64,000 nucleotides of DNA from Octopus vulgaris (lineage: Eukaryota). This document shows, in pieces, positions 51,501 to 64,000 of this stretch. Where the stretch lies: positions 17,670,001 to 17,734,000 of the forward strand of contig OX597815.1 in NCBI GenBank assembly GCA_951406725.2, given 5' to 3'. The translations under genes were made by a program, and so were the position numbers. The number at the start of each line of letters is the position of its first letter. Positions within the stretch are counted from its first letter, which is position 1. The notes beneath the pieces are model-generated. The model saw only the letters and a list, made by a program, of their open reading frames with translations, did no database searches and was not told where the DNA came from.

Positions 51501-52709
51501 AATAAAACAATAAAAGTAGGCTACATGTCCCACGTCACTTTACAACTACCATTATTATAGTTATTTGGGTAATAGTAATATAAAAAGAAAAAAACGATAA
51601 AATGTCATCGTATTCATTTCGTCTTATATGGGACCCTCCCCCATACTTTAAATGAGCCAACAGTCGATCTGCTAGAAATAAGAATCAAATCTTACTTCAA
51701 TAGACACGCCCTATTAACTGAAAAAGAAAAAAAAATTAAGGAGGCATTGAATAATATAGTTCTAGGTACGGTGTGAGAAGATTATCATGGCTGGAAACGC
51801 CGAAGATTAAATGTCTACAGGAGCGAAGCTGACTTAGGGCTAAATAATAACGACGAAGTTTTTATAATGTATAATTGTAGTTGATGTGACTGAATAATAT
51901 ATTACTTGCTACCAATAGAAAAAAAACAACAACAAAAAAGGGAAACAGAAAACAAACAAAAAAATAAAGTCAAAAAGAAAATCTTAAACTCAAAGTTTTA
52001 ACAGTTATAGATGGGCTTACTTAACAGATATCGGAGGTCCGTTTTGAAAAACACTCTTCCAGAAGAAACGCATTCTATGTGACCATATCGGTATATCTGG
52101 TACCCAAGAATTCTTGTGGACTGTAGACTACAGCACAAAGTTTGTGAATGTAAGGTAAGAATCTAATAAAACAATTCGCTAATTGAGCACTGGAAGGATT
52201 CATGTTAGTTTTTGCGGTAATTTCCTATTCAAATGTAGTTTATGATTTAATCAGAAAACATCTGATTTGTTGCCAGATTCAAAAAAGAAGTCAAGACAAA
52301 AAACGTGGCATTTGCATTGTTAGATTCCACATTCATTTTCGTGTTTTTGTTATATATCTACATATATAATTACAGAGTACAATTTCTTTTGCGATTACTC
52401 ACAAAGTCTATTATTATTCATGTGTATGAGTACATCAACTAAAAACAAGATAAGTTTCTAATTATTTCTCAAGAAAAAGCCAGATAATAAAAAGATGGTT
52501 CTCGAAGTTATATAAAGGTCACATTCATTCTGTACCTCTTCTTGCGCAGTCTTTTGATGAAGTTGAACTGAAGCTTCTCTAACACTTCTCACTTTCAAAC
52601 ACTACCGAAGTTAAAATAAATTCAAAGTGTTTAACAACTTTGCCAAGATTACATACTAATACTAGTGATACCATGGTAGCTTCTCTTCATAATCCCATTG
52701 CACAACGAT

Positions 52710-53195
52710 ACTAAATGATATTGGTTTCAAATTCTGGCACAAGACCAGCAAGTTCAGGAGGAGGGGTAAGTCAGTTACACCAACCCCAGGGCTCAATTGG
52801 TACCTATTTTATCAACCCTGAAAGGGATGAAAGGCAAAGTCGACTTCAGCGGAATTTGAACACACAACGCAGAGACGGACGAAATGCCGCAGAGCATTTT
52901 GACCGGCGTGCTAACGATTCTGTCAGCTCGGCGCCTTCGTTCGATACTATAATAATATAGCAAGGGGGCGGCGAGCTGGCAGAAACGTTAGCGCGCCGGG
53001 CGAAATGCTTAGCGGTATTTCGTCTGTCGTTACGTTCTGAGTTCAAATTTCGCCGAGGTCGACTTTGCCTTTCATCCTTTCGGGGCCAATAAATTAAGTA
53101 CCAGTTACGCACTGGGTCGATGTAATCGACTTAATCCGTTTGTCTGTCCTTGTTTGTCCTCTCTATGTTTAGCCCCTTTGGGTAGTAAAGAAATA
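52710..53195. mobile_element. Two head-to-head SINE B copies (52710-52937 minus; 52965-53195 plus)
   Basis: GATGAAAGGCAAAGTCGAC...GCTAACGATTCTGTCAGCTCG followed by GGCGGCGAGCTGGCAGAAACG. Confidence 0.88.
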
Positions 53196-53284
53196 GTTAA
53201 TAATATAGCAAGATTTCAAACATCGATTTCGATCAGAAACTTTTCCAACACCTTTTTTTTCTTGCATCCATGTGCACGTGTGTG

Positions 53285-53342
<58 letters not shown>

Positions 53343-53614
53343 CGATTTTAATATCCTAAACAACAGCTGAAAAAGGTCGAGATAGGAGAAGAAATTAAAA
53401 GCTGTTAAGGTTTCTACGTTTTAAAAAAATATATGCCAAGCAAATTATGCAGAGGTATACATGTCCGGAAAACAGGTGCCACTACTTGTGCATGAGACAT
53501 GCACGTACAATGAAATGATAAAACTTTTCGCAACTGCTGCTTCTACTATCCCTTTTTAACCCTTAAAGAACTCAATATTCAACATATACTGTTAATCTCC
53601 CAGAGTTTGCCAAC

Positions 53615-54016
53615 GAATTTCTAGGTAACTAAAAAATTTTAAACTTCGTATACTGGTAGAATGTGTTTATAAAACATCTTTTTCTCTTGGCTTTATTGAG
53701 AAACTTATATAGCTTGTAAGATATTTGTTGTTTTTTTTCTTCAATTTCTGCAATTTAAACCAATCACTGACGTCTATTGAGGTAAAAAAACAAACATTCT
53801 GTGCCGTATGAATATGTCCCTCGTTTAAGAAACAGATTGGGTTCATTTACATTTGTGAAGAAAAAAAAGATACCCAATCCCCCCACCCCTAACCCTAACT
53901 AACCCTAACCCTAAAACAGATTGAAATGCAATAGATCGATACTAGAGTCATAATTATGGGTGACAATTTCATATGACACCGCTTAGAAAAAACTGCCGTT
54001 CAAACCGAAAAGATCC
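53615..54016 (-). mobile_element. Second copy of the 3350-3758 MITE (one TIR lost)
   Basis: Collinear reverse complement ending AAAACTGCCGTTCAAACCGAAAAGATCC. A related end lies at 20990-21067. Confidence 0.88.
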
Positions 54017-54046
54017 GTTTTCGTTTTCCACTTGAAGGTAGTTGTT

Positions 54047-54270
54047 CGAGCTGGCAGAAACGTTAGCACGCCGGGCGAAATGCTTAGCAGTATTTCGTCT
54101 GCGTTACGTTGTGAGTTCAAATTCCGCCGAGGTCGACTTTGCCTTTTCTTCCTTTCGGGGTCGATTAAATAAGTACCAGTTACGCACTGGGGTCGATGTA
54201 ATCGACTTAATACCTATGTCTGTCCTTGTTTGTCCTCTCTGTGTTTAGCCCCTTGTGGGTAATAAAGAAA
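54047..54270 (+). mobile_element. SINE family B
   Basis: Family consensus. Confidence 0.9.
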
Positions 54271-55477
54271 CAGGTAGCTGTTCACTTCTATCTGATGCCT
54301 TCGAAGTGAAACATCTTTTAGTCAACAACATTCCATATATCGGGAAGGAAGGAAGGACACTCAACTGTAAATCCGTTCAACGAGGCGTACTCTTACATCT
54401 CACAGCAATAAAGATTAATACAGCAAACGTTCAGCGCATCCCACGTTACATATTCACATTAGATGTGATTCTAAAATAAAGATAGTTGCTTTATAATTAG
54501 ATCCATTACCATTTCGTAGTTGACAGCTATCAATTATAAACGGTTTCCTCCGTTCAAATTGTTCAAATGAAATAATGTCAGTGACGAAGATTATCTTATC
54601 TCGCTCCTTTATTCTCAATGGAAAAATATATGTTGTCCAATGAGTACTAATTTTTTTTGCTGTGTTTGTGTTCACCATTAATTAAACTGGTCCGTGATTG
54701 TTATCCAAACTACGACTGTTGTCACTAATATATAATTTCAGCAAATGAAAGAATAATGGGGTAACAAATCGCATCGAATTAATTTGAAGCTCCGTTATAA
54801 AATATCGCAATGGTTTCAGTGATCTTTCGATTTATGAACATTTAATGTCAAACAACAAAGTGAACTCTAACTGAAAGGAATTGCAATGTATCAAGACGAA
54901 AGAAAATTGGCTATAATCGGTAATGAATAAAAATCTTCAATCAAGGGAATCAGTTTTTTTTTCCCCGATGTTCATTTCGTAGATCCAAGGACGCAAAATT
55001 ACATACAAATACAATCGAAAGGTCATGGGAATTTTCATCAAAAAATAAGGCATAGAACTTCAGACAATCCTTTTTTAATTCATTCACAAGACTTGTTTAC
55101 CTGTCATCATTTTCACAAAGACATTACTTCCTTATGGAATTATTACATTTAAATCTATAAATTTGTGCAATAAATAAATAAATTGCATTTGACACCAAAT
55201 CTGATTTCGCAAATGTTGTTTTCTTACATCAGGCATCTTTCCGCTTAATTCTATCGATTATGGACCATTAACTGTTACGATTTTTGTTCACTTCCAATTC
55301 GTTTCATTTTGGTGATCTTTCGTAAATCAAAAGATCACCATAGTTTATTATTATTATTATTATTATTAATCACAAATGCATTCATTCATATATAGTCCCC
55401 ATCTTCTCTCAGTTTAGAGTGAAACGTTAGAGGGGATTCGTCGAGAATGAACTTTTCACTATTTAGTTGTCACTGTA

Positions 55478-55876
55478 CTAGCAGTATAGACCAGCATTGC
55501 TCGGGCTTGTTTGCTTTTCGACCCTTTAGAATTGGAAGTTTTGAAAAGTAAAAATGGTGCATAATGTAGCTTGTTATTCTCTTTAAGTGAACATTTTCTG
55601 GTTGAAATACACCGAAAAATGGCGACACAGCAGTAAAAAAATCGTAAAAAGTAGGGATTTTCATAGAAAAAAAGCACCTTTTTGATGTAAATAATTTTTG
55701 GTGTTAACATGGTCCAATTTGAATTTTTTCTTCTACGGAAGGAAGAGCAAGCCTTCGTCTATCATACTCTCAATTTTGGTCAACTTGCACCACAGGGTCT
55801 CAGAGGAGATAGTATTAGTTGAAGGCTACCAAATCTGCCATACACAGACAACTTCAGCTTTATATATATAGAGAGA
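55478..55876 (-). mobile_element. Non-autonomous Helitron
   Basis: Minus strand A|TCTCTCTATATATATAAAGCTG ... CCCGAGCAATGCTGGTCTATACTGCTAG|T. Confidence 0.85.
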
Positions 55877-56168
55877 TTAGTAAAAAAAAAATTACTTCTT
55901 TCTAAATTATAAAGGAGTGTAGATACGATCAAGCGAATCTATTGAGTTTAATTGCAACTTAGCTTTTCAACAACCTTTGACAACGGCGTGTATTCAAATC
56001 TGTTATTGACCTAAGTAACAACAAAGTACAGTCGATTTCGCTTACTTTCGTACCCTATAATTGCATATTTCGCTAATTTGCATAACTTTTCAAAACACCG
56101 AACCTTTTAGCATTATAATGTAACACACTCACCGGTAAAATTTCCACTTATTTCTTATTTTTATTTTC

Positions 56169-56205
56169 CTAAAATTTTCATTACGTCTTTCAACCTTTTC
56201 AATAG
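56169..56205 (-). ncRNA. Hammerhead-like motif with U3-A8 covariant core, family 5
   Basis: CTA-TTGAAAA-G GTTG AAAGACG TAAT-GAAA-AT-TT-TAG with palindromic AAAATTTT stem III. Confidence 0.5.
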
Positions 56206-57379
56206 TCTTGACTCTTTTAGCATTAGCTCTCCGGAAAAATCAACCGATGAAAGTGTTCGCACAAATAAAGTCAACTGTGGCTAATTGTACCCTGTATTCT
56301 TCAAGTTGTAGTTTTAAATTGAAAGATCTCCTAAATTTAGATATTTACTTGATTTGATATGACACGGGATGCTTCAGTATTCATAATGAATTAGAATGAA
56401 AGCAACCAGTATTGCACTTTTATATATGAAAGACGATAAAACGGCTTATTGTATTTAAGTACCATTTTTATGAGTCAAAGACTGATGGAGCTCAGACGTC
56501 GGTGTATATATATCGTATTTACATTGCATGATAAAAATATTCTTTAATAGATATATATTTTCATCATAGATAAAATTTGTAAAATTGTAGTTTTTAATCA
56601 AGAAGTGGACGGACGCCATTTTGTTGCTACTGTTATCAGTAACATTCGCTTAGGATTGATCCAATAAAACCTTTCTTAACCTTCATGATTCTAGTTATTA
56701 TAAGTGAGTAATAGAAAATGTTTAGAAGCCACTGACGGGTTTTTCAGGAAGCCTGAATCTAGATAAACTTTGATAATCGAAGAATATCAAAGGGAGCTAC
56801 AAAACCTAGTAAGAAGTCAAACGATTGCGTTGCCAATACGTATCATTAAAAAAATGGTTTGAACTAAGCAAATCATAGTAAATTATGTGTACATAAAACA
56901 TACAATAAATATATAAAAAAATTTAATTCTTGTTTAATTACACAGCGCAATCATTTATAATACAGCCACAATATTTTACTACAGACATTTATTGCTTTTT
57001 GAGTGATTTCGGATAATTGTATAAGAATGTTAATCATCGAAGATATGCAATTAAGCGGACTCAACTGTGTATAATTCGACAAGTTACTATTTGCGCTAAA
57101 TATAAAACTATAAAAACTTATTGAACAATTTCTTCTACCCCAAAAGTTTGTCTCTTTGGGGATGATAGTTGGCTAACAAAACGCCCCAGATAATAAGTGT
57201 TTTCCTTACACATACGCATCCGTACACACAGCATCTTGTCATAAGATCGTAAGAGTGAAATATGATACTGTTGGAATTGTCAACAACTTTACTTTAAATA
57301 TTTCACCTTTAGGGTGTTTGCTATTTAGACTTGAAGATTTTCTTATCCTAAACAATAAACTAAACAACGTGTGGGTGCG

Positions 57380-57415
<36 letters not shown>

Positions 57416-57425
57416 CAAAAGTGTA

Positions 57426-57488
<63 letters not shown>

Positions 57489-57749
57489 GTGTGTGTATGT
57501 GTGTTTGAGAGTTCGCGTATGGGTTGTAAATTAAGAATTACGAACACATAAAAATAATTTTTCCGTGAGAATTATGAATAGGAGTCTCAGAACACTAAAT
57601 TAGAAAAAATTCATCTACGATGATGAGATCTTAGTAGAAACTAGTTTTGTATATATTACAAGGTATGTACTTCTAATATGAAGAGAAAGTCAAAACAATG
57701 TCATATATAGGATAAGCCTATAACACTATCTGTAATATTTATCTAAGCA

Positions 57750-57980
57750 GGGCGGCGAGCTGGCAGAATCGTTAGCACGCCGGGCAAAATGCTTAGAGGT
57801 ATTTTGTCTGCCGTTACATCCCGAGTTCAAATTCCGCCGAGGTCGACTTTGCCTTTCATCCTTTCGGGGTGGATTAAATAAGTACCAGTTACGCACTGGG
57901 GTCGATATAATCGACTTAATCCGTTTTTCTGTCCTTGTTTGTCCTCTCTGTGTTTAGCCCCTTGTGGGTAGTAAAGAAAT
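57750..57980 (+). mobile_element. SINE family B
   Basis: Family consensus. Confidence 0.92.
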
Positions 57981-60282
57981 GGAAATAGAAATATAATCGT
58001 GTTTTTAAAACAAATCTATGAAGAGATTTCTCATCTCGGACAATTTCATAGCCTCATACCTTCTAACGGTGTGTGTACATTTAGTATGATACACCGATGG
58101 CCATATTATATACGTGTGTGTGTGTGTGGGAGGTTTAAAACATCACCATAGATAAGATAATCCCCTTTCAATAGATATTCATTAATGATCATATTCTAAG
58201 AGCAGCATTTTAATAATGCAAAATACCAATAACTGGAATATTTTGAGATTACCAGATTTAAATATATGACGCATATTTTTCTTTTTTAGATTCTTAGTTT
58301 AATTGGGAACGATTTGCATGCAATATTGTTACGACTGATGTCTCTAACAATGAAATATAAGTAAAAGAGGTTTTAATAAAACTGGTAAAACGGAGTAAAT
58401 TGAAATTATATATTGTATGTTGGCTGGAAGCATAAATCGAAAGGAGGATGAACAAAAGTGAAATGATTTTATCCATCCCGCACTTCGATTTAGGAATGTG
58501 AAATGGTTATTTATAAGGAATGAGTAAATATATTAGTAAATACGAAAAAGGCAATACATGTGAATATATAGAATTGCGTTATAGGATGAAGTTTTGTGAA
58601 ATTATAGAGAATAAAAATGGGGAAAAATGTAGATCGAATTAATATCAATATTGAAGGATTGAAAAAAATAAGAATAAAAATAAAAAACAGACTGTGGAAT
58701 AAAAAAAACAGCAATATAATAAAAAGAAAACTGATACAGATTGAAGAATAATAAAAATTAATTGAAAATAAGAAATATTTGGGAGTAAGTGGATATCTAA
58801 GTGCATCTATGCACCTGAGAAGGCGAAAGAAATTATTACATTGTCAGAAGTAGTTTTAAATCATATTGTCTAGCAGATTCATCCAATTGTTTTATTATAA
58901 GTTTTAGATGTGAATAAATATTTTTCTAATTTTATCCATTTTATCCATTTTATCCCGTACGATTTATTTTAACGATGTACAACACGGAAGGGCAACGAAA
59001 TAAATAAAAATCGATACAGTTCGAAATTGATAGGTACTAAACTTGTCTGGCGATTTTTTGAAGTACCATATTATTGTTTCGTTTTACTGAGCTCATTTCT
59101 TGACTAATGGTAAGGTAACATTATAAGGTTAGGAAGAATTTTTTTATATACAAATGTTTCAGGAAACCAGGAAAATATGTCTGATCATTTATTGATCATT
59201 TATGAAACAAATAAATAAAACTAATAATTTAAAATACAATGGTAAACAGGAATCATTTCCATTCTTAACCCATCATTACAATTTCTTCACCATCGAGTTG
59301 TCTAAAGATAAAATTCTGTTCATCACCTCCACAACATATAAAACTTTATTGTTTAGCATTATATCTACCAGTTTTCTCTTGATAGTCTTTAATATCCTAA
59401 TCAACAATACTTTTTTCGAAAGTCCTTTTTTTGCGTATATATATTCCTACTTGCACTTCTTACACAAGACCAATAATTACCTTGTACCAAATTTCACCGA
59501 ACTTCTCACACACTTATACCAGAAATATTATCATAGGCTTTGGACACAACCCATTGTTTTTTTTTTGTTTTAGTTGATTAGCGTATAAGTAGACAAAATT
59601 GGCTATTAACGTCAACTTGAAACGTCTTTAATTAGTCAGAAAGCCAATATTTATGAGGAACAGTTATATTACTGAAGTATATCACAGGTACTTATTTTAT
59701 TAACGCTCGAAACGTGATAAAAAAAAAAACTCGGGACGAACAGAGATAACAATAAATACACAAATACATTATTTGTTTCGATGGTTTTATCTTTTTTGTC
59801 AACATGTCACCGCCATAACTCCTCGCCATCAAAAATACTGGCATCAATATGTCTCAATCTATATGTAAAATGAAAACTAGCGTGTTAAGCAGGCATTCAT
59901 GTTGTTTTTCAGCCCCAGGTTAGTCTGATTGAGCAAACCCATGATCTAAGGTATTTCAGTCGAAAATACTCTCCGTCGTCTTCATTACTTAATGTATCCT
60001 CTTTTTTTAAGACGATAGGGTTGGATTTGAGGGAAATTTAATAGTTATTTCTTGCAAGTCGAACATTCACAGAAAGGTTCCTTTATTAGTTCGACATATT
60101 TAAACGGTTTCTTAGCAAGATGTCATACAAAATTCACTTCAAATTAGTTTATATTTAAAAAAAAAAAAAGAAAAGAAAAAGAAGGAAAATGAACATCGCT
60201 TGCCATCTTCAGAGAAAGTCAGTGAAGTGGTTACTGTTTCATATAATGTCTTTAAAGTCGATGCTTTAAAGGGGATAAAAAT

Positions 60283-60456
60283 AGAGGGGACAAACAAGGA
60301 CAAAGGGATTAAGCCGATTACATCGACCCCATATCGACTCCGAAAGGATGAAAGGCAAAGTCGACCTCGGTGGAATTTGAACTCAGAACGTAGCGGCAGA
60401 CGAAATACCGCTAAGCATTTCGCCCGGCGTGCTAACGTTTCTTCCAGCTCGCCGCC
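60283..60456 (-). mobile_element. SINE family B with internal deletion
   Basis: Reverse complement of the family head and core. Confidence 0.88.
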
Positions 60457-61057
60457 TTTTTGACCTTTGTTGGAATATCTGACATGCTGGGGATGAAGAG
60501 GATACACGACATACCCTGTCAAGGTAGGATAACCAATATTCCGCTGTAGCCAATCTTCAGCCTGTTATCACAAGTCCACTACTTTTTGGGGTAGACGGTA
60601 GAAACCAAACAGCGTAAGAACAAAATAGGTTTCACCTTGAGTTAAAATACCAAGTCTTATTTTACGAGAGGCTACAAATTGCGCGTTGATTCAGACATTT
60701 CTCTGTGTGTTACACATGAAATAGATGTAAAGGAAATAATTAGGAAATAAATTTTCCTTTTGCGCTCATTTTGTTCATTCATACCACAATTCCAGCGGCG
60801 GATTAAATCCCAGTTTGAAATCAATTTCGTTCATACAACTAGGAAAACATGGGTACGCGTATATTTTCCGATATTTCTCCCAACTATAAAACATAGGCTT
60901 TGTGTTTGGGCCAATGCATACAAATAAATAAGGTTTGAAAGACGACGTGGACCACGATAAGGAACAATCGCAAACTTAGAGGGATGAAACAAAAACACTG
61001 TAAAGCATTTTAGCCGAATTTTTTTCCATCGGTGACCACTTATTAAGAACATTGTTA

Positions 61058-61116
61058 TGGAGTAGTGGTTAAGAGCGCGGGCTACTAACCCCGGGATTCC
61101 GAGTTCGATTCCAAGC

Positions 61117-61117
<1 letters not shown>
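61058..61117 (+). mobile_element. tRNA-derived SINE head or tRNA pseudogene
   Basis: TGGAGTAGTGGTTAAGAGCGCGGGCTACTAACCCCGGGATTCCGAGTTCGATTCC: A and B boxes present, no intact acceptor stem. Confidence 0.65.
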
Positions 61118-61173
<56 letters not shown>

Positions 61174-61175
61174 CT

Positions 61176-61510
61176 AAAAGAAATGGAGAAACTCTCAAAA
61201 TACAAAGACCTGGAATAGAGGTAACTAGAATGTGGAATCTGAAAACAGAAACAATTCCTATCATAGTAGGTGCATTAGGCATGATAAAAAAATATTCAGA
61301 CAAATACATAACAAAAACACCAGGACTTACAAACACATATAACATACAGAAAATTGCACTACTAGGCACTGCACACATCCTACGCAGAACACTTTCCATA
61401 CAATAACCATCAGAGCATCACAACAAATCACAGCACATACCCAAGGCACACAGAGCTGCGCTCGGTAGTGAAGTGAAAGCACGCTATAAAAATAAAAATA
61501 AAACTACTGA
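61176..61510 (+). mobile_element. 5'-truncated R4/Dong-clade non-LTR retrotransposon in (TAA)n
   Basis: KEMEKLSKYKDL/IEVTRMWNLKTETIPIIVGALGMI...IQKIALLGTAHILRRTL* (restriction-like endonuclease C-terminus, one frameshift, stop at 61404-61406); (AAT)n on both sides. Confidence 0.82.
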
Positions 61511-61814
61511 ATAATAATAATAAAGTGATGCAGTGATTTATTGTTATTTAGATTAACTGACAAAGTTCTGTAATGCATGCAAGTGAAAGTATATTTAATA
61601 TGAGCAAATGTACATATGAAACTTAGAACAAAAAGTCAAAGTAGGCAAACATGCAATCAAGTGGTGAGACTATTTCTCCTCTGACAGAGTTTCGTCCGCA
61701 TGAGGAAACAATTCTATAAATGACATAATGATGTCTCTATTTATTGATTAAGGTAGGCTCCAAACGATACCTACGTTCTTCAGGTGATAATGCCTAATGT
61801 AAAGTTTGCCAAAT

Positions 61815-62207
61815 GTAGGCGCAGGAGTGGCTGTGCGGTAAGTAGCTTGCTTACCAACCACATGGTTCCGGGTTCAAGTCCCACTGCGTGGCACCTTGGG
61901 CGAGTGTCTTCTACTATAGCCTCGGGTCGACCAAAGCCTTGTGAATGGATTTAGTAGACGGACACTGAAAGAAGCCCGTCGTATATATGTATATATATAT
62001 ATGTGTGTGTTTGGGTTTGTCCCCCCAACAACGCTTGACAACCGATGCTGGTGTGTTTACGTCCCCGTAACCTAGCGGTTCGTCAAAAGAGACCGATAGA
62101 ATAAAGTACTAAGCTTACAAAAAATAAGTCCTGGGGTCGATTTGCTCGACTAAAGGCGGTGCTCCAGCATGGCCACAGTCAAATGACTGAAACAAGAAAA
62201 CGAGTAA
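61815..62207 (+). mobile_element. SINE family A, full length
   Basis: GTAGGCGCAGGAGTGGCTGTGCGGTAAG... through the family tail. Confidence 0.92.
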
Positions 62208-62871
62208 ATGGAATGTAGCTACTTCTAAAACATTTCGAGGAAGTTATATCTTCGACAAAGGGTGTCGAGAACGATATGGTGGACCGGAATGTGAAAAGCA
62301 CAACTTCCCAAGACGAGGATTGCACAAATAATCATACTAAAACCTGGCACTGATACTTTGGTTCCATCGTTAAATTACATTCACATGTTTATGGCATATT
62401 AGATGCTATACGTAAAGAACAGCATCTTCTTGATGTTGGAAAGTTAGTCGATGAAGCGATGCACTCGTTATGCCAAAGAATATAAATGGTATTAGTTCCT
62501 TAGAAAGAATTCAAGTTGTATTGAACTATGTAAATAGAGATTTTGAGCAACATTTGAGGTATTACGTATCTAATCAAGAATATAAATGAAATTCTTGATT
62601 TAGTGAGTATTACTTTTTCTCATAATGACATTTATATATATGTATGTATATATTGCTGTATTTGGGGCTGGTCATGTTGCCAGTTTAGCCAATGAAAACA
62701 CACGCACTGTAAATTTGGTGTTCACTTGGATTCAGCTTTATTTCATATTAATTGTATTTCGGCCAGAGTTCATTCGTCACACTTCCTTGCCTTCTTATAT
62801 ATATATACACACACATCTGTTTGTTTTGTACACCACCTGTCTTCGTCTTTTTTTTTTTTTTCGTAAACTCT

Positions 62872-62924
<53 letters not shown>

Positions 62925-62928
<4 letters not shown>

Positions 62929-63241
62929 ATTATATAGAAGGAGCTTCTACAGGACTAGAACTGTTTCATTCAAGAGAAATCTTCAGGAAGCTAGTTAACA
63001 AGAATTGTATTGGCATTTATACATTTAGGCAGGTTTAAAGGGTGTTATATATATTTTTATTTTTTAATTTTTTATTTATTCTTCTAGCTAATTTAACACT
63101 GACTCCTTGACCACTCCCCCAAGTATGATATTTTGCGCTATGCCTACCCCCCAAAAGTCCCCCACCAACACCCCTTTAAACCTGCCTAAATGTTGAGTAC
63201 CTTATTTACTGTGGTTAACCCCGAATCAACCCGGGACCTAC
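62925..63241. mobile_element. Family 1 element, rearranged, with hammerhead motif at 62942-62992 (minus)
   Basis: AGCTTC-CTGAAGA-TTTC TCTT GAAT-GAAA-CAG TTCTAGTC CTG-TA-GAAGCT; internal inverted pair at 63021-63046 and 63167-63193; (TA)n on both sides. Confidence 0.75.
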
Positions 63242-63499
63242 ATATATATATATATATTTAAAAATACTGACACCATGAAAGGATAAAGTATTTTATTTTA
63301 AAATAATTTGTTTTTATCATTTTAAAATTACAATAAGTTGTAAATTAAAATATTTGATAGACATTGCGTTTCAGCGTATTTCTTTCTTTTCTTTATTTCT
63401 ACGAATAAGTTGTTTTGCGAATATAATTTCGACGAATAGATGTCTTCGTGAATTTGAGGTTGGCCAAAATATTTTCGATGAATGTGCCTTATCACATAC

Positions 63500-63575
63500 A
63501 TACGAGCCGTCCCAAATGTGAGAGCAATACTCGGTAGTCGGCCTCACGTGTGCTTTGTAGAATATCAACAATTCT
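63500..63575 (-). mobile_element. Short LINE ORF2 fragment
   Basis: LIFYKAHVRPTTEYCSHIW resembles the CR1/Jockey 'LYK..VRP.LEY.S.VW' motif. Confidence 0.7.
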
Positions 63576-63600
63576 TGTATGCAGTAGGAGGATGAAGTAT

Positions 63601-63987
63601 GTGGAGGCGCAATGGCCCAGTGGTTAGGGCAGCGGACTCGCGGTCGTAGGATCGCGGTTTCGATTCCCAGACCGGGCGTTGTGAGTGTTTATTGAGCGAA
63701 AACACCTAAAAGCTCCACGAGGCTCCGGCAGGGGGTGGTGGTGATCCCTGCTGTACTCTTTCACCACAACTTTCTCTCACTCTTACTTCCTGTTTCTGTT
63801 GTACATGTATTTCAAAGGGCCGGCCTTGTCACTCTCTGTGTCACGCTGAATATCCCCGAGAACTACGTTAAGGGTACACGTGTCTGTGGAGTGCTCAGCC
63901 ACTTACACGTTAATTTCACGAGCAGGCTGTTCCGTTGATCGGATCAACCGGAACCCTCGTCGTCGTAACCGACGGAGTGATAAAGAA
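63601..63987 (+). mobile_element. Full-length tRNA-derived SINE (family E) with TSD
   Basis: Head TGGCCCAGTGGTTAGGGCAGCGGACTCGCGGTC...GGTTTCGATTCCC; perfect 13-bp TSD GAGGATGAAGTAT at 63588-63600 and 63988-64000. Confidence 0.92.
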
Positions 63988-64000
63988 GAGGATGAAGTAT

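Noticed and set aside
61058-61117. Functional tRNA gene
   Set aside because: No paired acceptor stem or terminator; treated as a SINE head or pseudogene.

Overview
AT-rich, microsatellite-dense metazoan genomic DNA. The SINE and repeat families look like octopus (cephalopod) repeats; this is inferred from recognition, not from a search. There is no complete protein-coding gene, and almost all long ORFs are (TA)n, (CATA)n or (GA)n artefacts. The left ~21 kb is CpG-depleted and looks like the methylated body of a minus-strand gene, with a candidate first exon near 23.2-23.4 kb and a uORF-rich exon at 10105-10460 that ends in MTVKIKGQQ. The rest is CpG-retaining repeat-rich sequence: tRNA-derived SINEs, a 5S-derived SINE, CR1-group, RTE and R4/Dong LINE remnants, Helitrons, and hAT-, piggyBac- and Merlin-like MITEs. 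The main finding is at least five sequence-distinct short element families that share one architecture: a minimal type-I hammerhead ribozyme motif with a palindromic stem III, a 60-110 nt tail, then (TA)n, often folded into inverted repeats. This resembles Penelope-like element termini. The cores include variants (CCGACGA, CUGUAGA, and a U3-A8 covariant UUGAAAA), with compensatory changes in stem I.
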